DNA from: an uncultured Verrucomicrobiae bacterium
GTDB lineage: Bacteria; Verrucomicrobiota; Verrucomicrobiia; Limisphaerales; Palsa-1400
NCBI GenBank assembly: GCA_963764165.1
Contig: CAVXRD010000002.1
Coordinates: forward strand, 1,184,001 to 1,248,000
Length of the DNA stretch: 64,000 nt
Reading direction: 5' to 3'
Shown here: positions 56,549-64,000 of the stretch, piece by piece
How the letters are laid out: each line of letters starts with the position of its first letter
How positions within the stretch are numbered: the first letter of the stretch is position 1
Translations under genes and position numbers: made by a program
Notes under the pieces: generated by a model
Databases searched by the model: none
What the model was told of the DNA's origin: nothing
The model's input: only the letters and a program-made list of their open reading frames with translations

Positions 56549-59140
56549 TCACTGGGTTTTAAGCACGTAGAACTGTTCATGCACAGCATGGTTTAGCGCA
56601 TTTGTGGCGGTGATCGTGAAGCCGCTTCCAGCCGAAAGCACATTCGTGGCCACCGGCGTCCACTGGCTCAACGGCAGAGCCAGATTTGTGCTCGATAGCA
56701 CATAACATGTGTCTCCCGACTGCGCGTTGCTCCCAGTGAAGACCAGATTTGCGCCAGAAATCTTGAAACTGGCAATGCTTGGTCCCGGATGTGACGATGT
56801 GACCGGGAGGACGCTAACATTGTCGAGGCCAAAAGCGCCGTTGTCGTCTCTGAATCCGAATTCCAACAGAGAAGTGGTTCCGGTGGCAGCGACGACATAC
56901 TGAAAATTCGTCCAATCGAAGGCCGGCAGGTTTCGCTCATCAAAAAGTATGTTTCCATTCCAAGTCACCAGAAATTTGTTAGGTATCTCCCCATCGGGGC
57001 TGTCCAGCCAGAAGGAAAGCGAGTAGCTCATTCCCGGTGTCGTGGGAAGGGTTTGATATAGATAGCCTAGATAACCGTATCCATACAGCACCGCATCGAA
57101 ATTCCCGGAAAACGGATAAATGTCAGAGTTGGTCTGGCTGTCAACACTCACCTCGCCATCCAAGACCGTCCAACCCGTGAGATCTCCTGTTTCAAATCCG
57201 CCGTTAACAACGAGTCCGGAATTAAAAATCGCCGCTATCGTCGCGGGACCAAAGCAGGCGATCTGGTCGCCGTTGGCGTCCGTCACGTAGAGATTCGGTG
57301 AATACTCGGCTGGCAACGCATATACATGCGTCGGATTCTGGTCCGTGCTGTTCGTGCCGTCGCCGAAATCCCAATACCAGCCTGTCAGTGGATTGCCCTG
57401 GTTGTCCATGCTCGGGGCGGCAAACTGCACCGTCAAAGGCGCAAAGCCCGAAGTGGGTGCTGCGGTGTACTGAAGGAAATCACCTTCGACATCGATCCAA
57501 TCCAGCGCGATATTGTTGTAATCATCCTGAAATTCAAATTCGAGGACAGTGTTGGTGTGGGTGGCCGAAACCACAAACTGCATGTTGGTCCAATTGATGG
57601 CGTTAAGATTCGTGGTGCTGAACAGAGTGTGCCCATTCCAAGACACGAGAAATTTAGCCGGATCCGAGAACGGATTATCGACCCAAAACGACAAGAAGTA
57701 GGTCCCGCCTGCGGTGGTGGCAATATTTTGGGATATGGAACCCGAAGCCCCCGAGGTGCCCAGGGCAGCTTCCTCATAACCAGGGTAAGGGCTGATGAAT
57801 GACTGTGTCCCGTCATCCACATATGTGCCGGTGGTGTCGCCAGCCAGCGTCCAACCATTGAAGAATCCCGTGGCGAAATCGCCGTTCAGCACCAATCCCA
57901 GGTAATCCGGTTGAATGGTTGCGTTGATGGCGATCGATGATCCTGCCACCGGAAACCCTTGGCTGTTTGTCTCCACGAGAGCGGCGCTGTATCCACCGAC
58001 GTTGGCGTAGGTGTTCGATGTATTCCGCTGGATGCTGGTTGAACCATCGCCAAAACTCCAACTCCAATTGCTCACCGCATTTCCCACGCTGTCGACCGCC
58101 GCCGAGGTGAAATCAACCGTCAAGGGAGCCGCGCCAAAGGTCGGATTGGCGCTGGCCGCTATGGAGGGCAGCGCCACCGTTGGATAACCCTCAAAGTAAG
58201 CAATCCAGCCAGGGGTTCCGGAAAAATAGTAAATGGTCAAGTCAAATCCATCGTTCTCGAATATATTATTTGCAGGTATCGGTCCCCCTTCGAAAAAGAC
58301 GCTGGTAAGATTTTCGTTGTCGGCGAAGGCATCGACATAGATTCCAAAGGGAAACCTGCTAGCGCCAATAACGAGGGTGTATAGGTTGCAGCTATCAAAG
58401 GCACTGGATCCAATAAACGTGACTGTGCTTGGAATCGTGAGATTGGTCAGGCTGGAGCAGTCATAGAAGGCGTCATCCCCAATGCTCTGGACTCCGCTCG
58501 AAATCACCAGGCTGGACAAGTTGGTGCAATATTCGAACGCTTCGTAGCCAATCGACGTGACAGTGCTTGGAATCGTGAGATTGGTCAGGCTGGAGCAGTC
58601 ATAGAAGGCGTCATCCCCAATGCTCTGGACACCGTTCGAAATCACCAGGCTGGACAAGTTGGTGCAATATTCGAACGCTTCGTAGCCAATCGATGTGACA
58701 GTGCCTGGAATCACGGCGTTCGTCAGGCTGTAGCAGTACAGGAACGCCCCTTCGCCGATTGTCGTGACGCCGTTCGAAATCGCGACGCTGGACAAGCCAA
58801 GGCAGTCCTGGAACGCGTAATTCCCTATAAATGTCACACTGCCCGGAATCGCGACGCTGCTCAGGCCCGTGCAATGATAAAATGCGCCATAGCCAATGTC
58901 GGTGACGCTGTTCGGAATCGCAACACTTGTGATGCTGCTGAAATCCTCGAAAGCCTCAGGGCCAATAGTGGTCACCGGCAAATTATTAATGGTCCTTGGA
59001 ATGACCACCGCGCCCCCGGCTCCTGTGTAGCCGGTAATGGTGATTTGCCCAAAATCGGTTGTGTAGGTGAATTGGGCTTGAACTGCTGTCGCAACGGCAA
59101 ACATCAGGGCGCTGAAAAGCGCGGGCAATAGCGATTTCAT
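56549..59140 (-). CDS. Secreted BspA-type LRR + 2x PKD + 2x CBM-like surface protein
   Basis: Signal peptide; 23-aa IPxxVTxIGxxAFxxCxxL repeats; WSWSFGDG/WYWDFGDG; NGxFxTG domains; C-terminal STNL...W...TN...FYVL domain. Confidence 0.9.
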   Translation of the reverse strand: MKSLLPALFSALMFAVATAVQAQFTYTTDFGQITITGYTGAGGAVVIPRTINNLPVTTIGPEAFEDFSSITSVAIPNSVTDIGYGAFYHCTGLSSVAIPGSVTFIGNYAFQDCLGLSSVAISNGVTTIGEGAFLYCYSLTNAVIPGTVTSIGYEAFEYCTNLSSLVISNGVQSIGDDAFYDCSSLTNLTIPSTVTSIGYEAFEYCTNLSSLVISSGVQSIGDDAFYDCSSLTNLTIPSTVTFIGSSAFDSCNLYTLVIGASRFPFGIYVDAFADNENLTSVFFEGGPIPANNIFENDGFDLTIYYFSGTPGWIAYFEGYPTVALPSIAASANPTFGAAPLTVDFTSAAVDSVGNAVSNWSWSFGDGSTSIQRNTSNTYANVGGYSAALVETNSQGFPVAGSSIAINATIQPDYLGLVLNGDFATGFFNGWTLAGDTTGTYVDDGTQSFISPYPGYEEAALGTSGASGSISQNIATTAGGTYFLSFWVDNPFSDPAKFLVSWNGHTLFSTTNLNAINWTNMQFVVSATHTNTVLEFEFQDDYNNIALDWIDVEGDFLQYTAAPTSGFAPLTVQFAAPSMDNQGNPLTGWYWDFGDGTNSTDQNPTHVYALPAEYSPNLYVTDANGDQIACFGPATIAAIFNSGLVVNGGFETGDLTGWTVLDGEVSVDSQTNSDIYPFSGNFDAVLYGYGYLGYLYQTLPTTPGMSYSLSFWLDSPDGEIPNKFLVTWNGNILFDERNLPAFDWTNFQYVVAATGTTSLLEFGFRDDNGAFGLDNVSVLPVTSSHPGPSIASFKISGANLVFTGSNAQSGDTCYVLSSTNLALPLSQWTPVATNVLSAGSGFTITATNALNHAVHEQFYVLKTQ
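58421..58712. repeat. 138-bp near-identical tandem duplication within the LRR gene
   Basis: CTTGGAATCGTGAGATTGG recurs at 58428 and 58566. Confidence 0.92.
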
Positions 59141-59265
59141 AGGTTGCTTTTTGACGATCAAATTGCTCCTGAATGGAGCTTGCGTTCAGATTCCATATAA
59201 CTAGCGAATTTTCCCAGCCCCAGTCAACAAAATTAGTTCGCTAAAACGCGAAAATTCCTCAAAGG

Positions 59266-59325
59266 AGCGGCAGAGTCGTCCCGCCGCTGAATCAGCTCGC
59301 CAGAGGCGGGACGCCTCTGCCACTT
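59266..59325. repeat. REP-like repeat family D copy 2
   Basis: CGTCCCGCCGCTGAA...GAGGCGGGACGCCTCTGCCAC. Confidence 0.7.
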
Positions 59326-59427
59326 ACAATGGCCACAGCGTCAGCAGAATTTTGTTTTGCACACTTGCGCCCCGGCAAGCTCCATTCCTCATTGCGCTTT
59401 GCGGCCAAAACCTTAGCTTTTGCGTTT

Positions 59428-60399
59428 GTGGATGAGAGTCTCCCAACGGTGACCGTAATCATTGCCGCCCGGCCGGATATGGCCGATGTGCGGGCGGTCG
59501 GGCCTGCGCTGCGGATGGATTATCCGCCCGGCAAACTCGAAGTCATTTTGGCGCGGGGCAAGCAGCCTTCAGTGCAGCGCAATGCCGCCCTTCGCGCGGC
59601 GGCGGGAGGGATCATCTATTTCCTTGACGACGACTCGCTCGCGTTTGCTGACAGTTTGCGGCGCGGGGTGGCGCATTTTCATTCCGTGGAAGTGAAAATG
59701 GCGGGCGGCCCAAGCCTTTGTCCGCCGGAGGCGCCCGCGGTTGAACAAGCGTTCGCCTTGGCGATGGGGACGGTGCTGGCGTTCGGGCCGAGCCGCGCCC
59801 GCTACCGCAAAGTCGGCTTGCCGCGGGCGACGAGCGAAAAGGAATTGATCCTTTGCAATTTAATGGCGCGAAGGGCGGATTTAATGGAATTGGGAGGCTT
59901 CAATGAGCGTCTTTATCCCAACGAGGAAAACGCGCTCATGGACGAATTGCAAAAGCGCGGCGGCAAACTCATTTACGATCCCGAACTTTTTGTTTACAGG
60001 CGGCCGCGCCCGAATTTTGCCGCATTCCGCCGGATGCTGTTGAATTACGGCAGGGGCCGGGCTGAGCAGTTTCGCCTGCATCCCACAGCGCGCTCAGCCC
60101 CAAATTTTGTCCCTCCTCTCTTTTGCGTCTTTCTGCTGGCGCTGCCGTTTTTGCCCTTGGCGGCATGGTGGCTGCTGGCAATTTACGGAGTGGCGGTCCT
60201 GGCGCAATCGCTGGCCGTTGTGCCGCTGGACAAGCTGTATTGGTTTCCGTGGATTAGCGGTCTGATATTTGTCAGCCACGTTTGGTATGGGATTGGTTTT
60301 TGGCGCGGCTTGTTCACAAAACCAAAACCGCCTTCCGCTGAAATCTCGGGCGAGGTGAAATTGGAGTGGCTAAAAACCTTCGATGGGAGCCGAACGTAA
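59428..60399 (+). CDS. GT2 glycosyltransferase with C-terminal TM helices
   Basis: TVIIA, QRNAA, YFLDDD, GGFNE...NEE, YGRGR; probable GTG start. Confidence 0.9.
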   Translation: MDESLPTVTVIIAARPDMADVRAVGPALRMDYPPGKLEVILARGKQPSVQRNAALRAAAGGIIYFLDDDSLAFADSLRRGVAHFHSVEVKMAGGPSLCPPEAPAVEQAFALAMGTVLAFGPSRARYRKVGLPRATSEKELILCNLMARRADLMELGGFNERLYPNEENALMDELQKRGGKLIYDPELFVYRRPRPNFAAFRRMLLNYGRGRAEQFRLHPTARSAPNFVPPLFCVFLLALPFLPLAAWWLLAIYGVAVLAQSLAVVPLDKLYWFPWISGLIFVSHVWYGIGFWRGLFTKPKPPSAEISGEVKLEWLKTFDGSRT

Positions 60400-60420
60400 T
60401 GTCCGCGGCAAACGCACGCC

Positions 60421-61458
60421 ATGAGCGCAAATAAATTCAACGTCGCGATCACGGCGGATTTTCTGGATGCGCAAGGCAACCCGGCATTCCACGACATCGG
60501 GCTGGCGCTGTTGGAAGCGCAGCCGCATATCAAGTGGCGCGGTTTCCGCGAGCATCGCAGTGTCGTGGGCGCGGATCAAATTGGCGAAGCCCACGCGGTT
60601 TACGTCATGTCGCCGAACGTCTCCCGCGAAAGTCTGGCTGGCGCGAAAAATCTGCTGCTCATCGCGAGATTCGGCGTGGGTTACGATCAGGTCGACATCG
60701 CCGCCTGCACCGAGGCGGGTGTGCTGGTGACGATCACGAAAGGCGCGGTCGATTATTCCGTCGCCGAGGCAACGATTGGCTGGATGCTGGCGCTTTGTCA
60801 CAGGATTCGCGCCAAAGACAACTTGGTGCGGAGCGGAAGATGGAACGACCGAGCCCATTTTATGGGACGCGAGTTGCGTCATCGAACGCTCGGTGTGATC
60901 GGCCTTGGCGGAATCGCCCGCAAGACGATTGAATTGTTGCGCCCGTTTGGAATGAACAAGCCGCTGGCCTGCGATCCACACGCGTCCCCCACAGACGAGG
61001 CGGAATTGATCGCGCTCGACGAATTATTGCGCCGCGCGGATTTCGTTTCCATTCATTGCCCGCTGACGGAGAAGACACGCGGATTGATCGGCGCGCGCGA
61101 ATTGGCGCTGATGAAGCCCGCTGCGTTTCTTCTCAACACAGCGCGCGGCGGAATTGTGAATGAGGACGCGCTTTTCGACGCGCTGAAACAAAACAAAATC
61201 GCCGGCGCGGCCATTGATTGTTTTGAAGGTGAACCGCTGCGGCAGGCGCCGCGATTTGCGGAATTGGAAAATGTATGGCTTGCCCCGCACGCCATCGCGT
61301 GGACGGACGAGCAATTTCACAGCATCGGAACGATGGCGTGCCAGGCCATCGTGGATGTTTCGCTCGGGAAGCAGCCAAGCGTCATCGTGAATCCAGAAGT
61401 TCTGGCGCAGCCGAATTTTCGCGACAAATGGAATGCGAGCGGCTTTCGGCGGTATTGA
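60421..61458 (+). CDS. D-isomer 2-hydroxyacid dehydrogenase (SerA-like)
   Basis: RFGVGYD, GLGGIA, LNTARG, EP, PH. Confidence 0.92.
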   Translation: MSANKFNVAITADFLDAQGNPAFHDIGLALLEAQPHIKWRGFREHRSVVGADQIGEAHAVYVMSPNVSRESLAGAKNLLLIARFGVGYDQVDIAACTEAGVLVTITKGAVDYSVAEATIGWMLALCHRIRAKDNLVRSGRWNDRAHFMGRELRHRTLGVIGLGGIARKTIELLRPFGMNKPLACDPHASPTDEAELIALDELLRRADFVSIHCPLTEKTRGLIGARELALMKPAAFLLNTARGGIVNEDALFDALKQNKIAGAAIDCFEGEPLRQAPRFAELENVWLAPHAIAWTDEQFHSIGTMACQAIVDVSLGKQPSVIVNPEVLAQPNFRDKWNASGFRRY

Positions 61459-61489
61459 CCCGCTGGCAGAAAGAGAATACTTTTTCCCC

Positions 61490-61717
61490 ATGGAAACGGT
61501 GACGTTGAAAATGGACAGGAAACATATTGCGCTTTTAAGGGAACAGGCCAAAGCGCTCGGGCGTTCCCAGGCTGCGATTGTGCGTGATTTGATTGAACAG
61601 CACCTCGCCCCAAAAAAACGCCCATCGTTGCATGAACGCGCCAAGGATCTTTGCGGCAGCATCCGCGGCCCTAAAGATTTGTCCACCAAACCGCTGACCG
61701 GCTATGGCCGCGACTAG
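61490..61717 (+). CDS. CopG/RHH antitoxin
   Basis: TVTLKMD...GRSQAAIVRDLI...GPKDLS; overlaps PIN gene. Confidence 0.82.
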   Translation: METVTLKMDRKHIALLREQAKALGRSQAAIVRDLIEQHLAPKKRPSLHERAKDLCGSIRGPKDLSTKPLTGYGRD

Positions 61718-62123
61718 GGTTTTTCTGGATTCAGGCCCGCTGGTCGGATTTTTGAGCGAGACGGATCAGCATCACCGCTGGGCGGCGGAGGTTTGGAACA
61801 GCCTTTATGATCCCTTGTGGACCTGTGAAGCCGTTTTGTCGGAAGCGGTTTTTCTTTTGCAGTCGGTCAAAGCTCCGATTGATCCCTTGCTGGAATTATT
61901 TGAACGCGATCTGGTGAAAATTGATTTTGCGGTTTCACGCCAGCGCTCCGATCTTTGGCGGTTGCTGCGCAAATACGCCGACCGTCCGATGAGCCTCGCC
62001 GATGCGTGTTTGGTGCGCATGGCGGAACTGCAAGAGCGGTGCCAGATATTTACCACGGACAAGGATTTCCTGGTGTATCGGCGCAAAGGCAGAGGCGTTA
62101 TTCCCTTGCTGGCTCCATTCTGA
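61704..62123 (+). CDS. vapC: PIN-domain VapC-type toxin
   Basis: FLDSGPLV, DQHH, VLSEA, MSLADACLV, TTDKDF. Confidence 0.9.
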   Translation: MAATRVFLDSGPLVGFLSETDQHHRWAAEVWNSLYDPLWTCEAVLSEAVFLLQSVKAPIDPLLELFERDLVKIDFAVSRQRSDLWRLLRKYADRPMSLADACLVRMAELQERCQIFTTDKDFLVYRRKGRGVIPLLAPF

Positions 62124-62232
62124 GCCGCGAAGCGCCAAGTTGAGGCCGCCCAAATTTCCTTCGAAGATTTTTGCAACCGCTTATTGAATTCCACGCCAGT
62201 CTTCATATAGTCGCAACCGCAAGAGTTTTGAA

Positions 62233-64000
62233 ATGGAAACAACCCAAGCAGCTCCTCCGCCGCCAGCCTGGAATACCCAGGCCGCTCGCGCTTTGTACAA
62301 CATCAGCCGCTGGGGCGCGCCATACTTCGACATCAATGAAGCCGGCCACGTCGTTGCCATGCCGCAGCGCGGGAACGGCGCGGTGGTCGATCTCACCGAT
62401 GTCATCGAGGAGGCAAAAGGGCGCGGTCTCAAATTTCCCGTCTTGATTCGTTTCCAGGATATTTTGCGCGATCGCGTCGAATCCATTAACCAGGCTTTCG
62501 CCGCGTCCATCGCGGAATTCAATTACAAAAATGTCTATCGCGGTGTTTTTCCGATCAAGGTGAACCAGCTTCGCGAAGTCGTCGAAGAAATCCTTGAAGC
62601 CGGCAAGCCGTTTCAATTCGGACTCGAAGTTGGCAGCAAGCCGGAATTATTCGCGGGCCTCGCCCTCCAAAACCAGCCGGGCTCCCTGATTATTTGCAAC
62701 GGCTACAAGGATTCCCTTTTCATCCGCATGGCGCTGATGGGCATCAAGCTCGGAAAAAAAGTCATCATGGTGGTCGAGAAGCTGGAGGAGTTGCGCCACA
62801 TCATCACTGTCTCACGCCAGATGGGTGTCGAACCGCTGCTGGGCATTCGCGTTCGCCTGATGAGCAAAGGCGCCGGCAAATGGGCGGACAGCGGCGGCGA
62901 AAATGCCAAGTTCGGCCTCAACACCGCCGAGCTGGTTGCTGCCACGGAAGTTTTACGGGCCGAGAAAATGGAGCATTGTTTCAAGCTGGTCCACTTTCAC
63001 ATCGGCTCGCAGGTGCCGGACATTGTCACCATCAAGAAAGCGGTGCAGGAGGCGGCGCGCTTCTACGCGAAGCTTTGCAAGATGGGTTTTGCCATCGAAT
63101 CGCTCGATGTCGGCGGCGGTCTGGGTGTCGATTACGACGGCTCGCGTTCCGCGTTTGACAGCTCCACAAATTACACGCTGCAGGAATACACCAACGACAT
63201 TGTTTATTATATTGGCGAAGTGTGCGGGCAGGAAGGCGTGCCGCATCCGCAAATCGTAAGTGAAAGCGGGCGCGCCATTGTCGCCCATCACAGCGTGCTG
63301 CTGGTGGAAACGATGGGAACCATTGGAAAAATCCGCCCCGGCGCGGAAGTCGCCGCCGGCGAAAAGGATCACGCCCTCGTCCGCGAATTGCTGGACGTCC
63401 GCAAACAGCTTCCCAGCCTGAACAAACTTGAGGCGCTCCACGACGCCACTGACCGCCGCGAAGAAGCGCAGCACATGTTCACGCTCGGACTGCTGGAGCT
63501 GCCGGACAAGGCGAAAATCGAAACGCTTTATTGGGAAATTGCGCGCGAGGTCGTGCTAAGTTTTCGCGGCCAATCCTACATTCCTGAGGAAATTCGCAAG
63601 TTGGAAGACAGCCTCGGCGACCAGGTGCTGTGCAATTTTTCCGTGTTCCAATCGCTGCTGGATCATTGGGCGCTCGGCCAGCTTTTCCCGATCATGCCGG
63701 TCAGCCGCCTCAACGAAAAACCGAGCCGCGAAGGCACCCTGGTCGACATCACCTGCGACTCCGATGGCGAGGTGAAGAAATTCATCGACTTGACAGACGT
63801 GCGCGACACCTTGCCGATGCACGAGCCGCGCGCCAATGGCAATGGAACCGGCGTGGAGCCTTACTACCTTGGTTTTTTCCTGATGGGCGCTTATCAGGAC
63901 ATCATGGGCGACCTGCATAATCTTTTCGGCCGCGTCAACGAGCTGCACGTCTTTCTCGATTCCGACGAGGCGGCGGGCTATTACGTGGAGGAAATCATCG
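62233..64000 (+). CDS. speA: Biosynthetic arginine decarboxylase (runs off window end)
   Basis: Manual translation: YNISRWGAPYF, FPIKVNQ, GLEVGSKPEL, HFHIGSQ, DVGGGLGVDYDG, ESGRA, DITCDSDG, GAYQDIMG. Confidence 0.97.
   Translation, partial: METTQAAPPPPAWNTQAARALYNISRWGAPYFDINEAGHVVAMPQRGNGAVVDLTDVIEEAKGRGLKFPVLIRFQDILRDRVESINQAFAASIAEFNYKNVYRGVFPIKVNQLREVVEEILEAGKPFQFGLEVGSKPELFAGLALQNQPGSLIICNGYKDSLFIRMALMGIKLGKKVIMVVEKLEELRHIITVSRQMGVEPLLGIRVRLMSKGAGKWADSGGENAKFGLNTAELVAATEVLRAEKMEHCFKLVHFHIGSQVPDIVTIKKAVQEAARFYAKLCKMGFAIESLDVGGGLGVDYDGSRSAFDSSTNYTLQEYTNDIVYYIGEVCGQEGVPHPQIVSESGRAIVAHHSVLLVETMGTIGKIRPGAEVAAGEKDHALVRELLDVRKQLPSLNKLEALHDATDRREEAQHMFTLGLLELPDKAKIETLYWEIAREVVLSFRGQSYIPEEIRKLEDSLGDQVLCNFSVFQSLLDHWALGQLFPIMPVSRLNEKPSREGTLVDITCDSDGEVKKFIDLTDVRDTLPMHEPRANGNGTGVEPYYLGFFLMGAYQDIMGDLHNLFGRVNELHVFLDSDEAAGYYVEEII

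Overview
GC-rich bacterial chromosomal window, probably Verrucomicrobiota of the Pedosphaera/Limisphaerales type (inferred from gene order and protein style, not a search). The core is housekeeping: rpmI-rplT-pheS; tRNA-Thr-tuf-tRNA-Trp-tRNA-Ser-secE-nusG-rplKAJL-rpoBC; thiL-tsaE-tsaB; zwf, class I aldolase, GH15, tatA-tatA-tatC and speA. Five single-base insertions in rpoC (3), rplK and tuf look like long-read consensus errors. The accessory 1.5-11 kb region holds a secreted FecR-domain/serpin fusion, a translationally coupled SET-domain plus cNMP-ABC exporter pair, a VapBC pair, a solitary DUF3486/Mu-gp27-like gene, and an N6-adenine MTase with a truncated GHKL/MORC-type ATPase. The best candidate for an undescribed element is a module made of a ~110-bp conserved non-coding head (palindrome plus promoter-like end), a payload, and a 10-bp-period tandem tail. 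It occurs twice (7.8-8.8 kb with the DUF3486-like gene, 45.7-46.1 kb without), and its edge coincides with the ATPase truncation. An IS1182-family element sits in the loop of a REP-like hairpin with a 4-bp target duplication, and an uninterrupted copy of that repeat is also in the window. Several other small dispersed repeat families fill intergenic space. All family calls are from motif recognition by eye.
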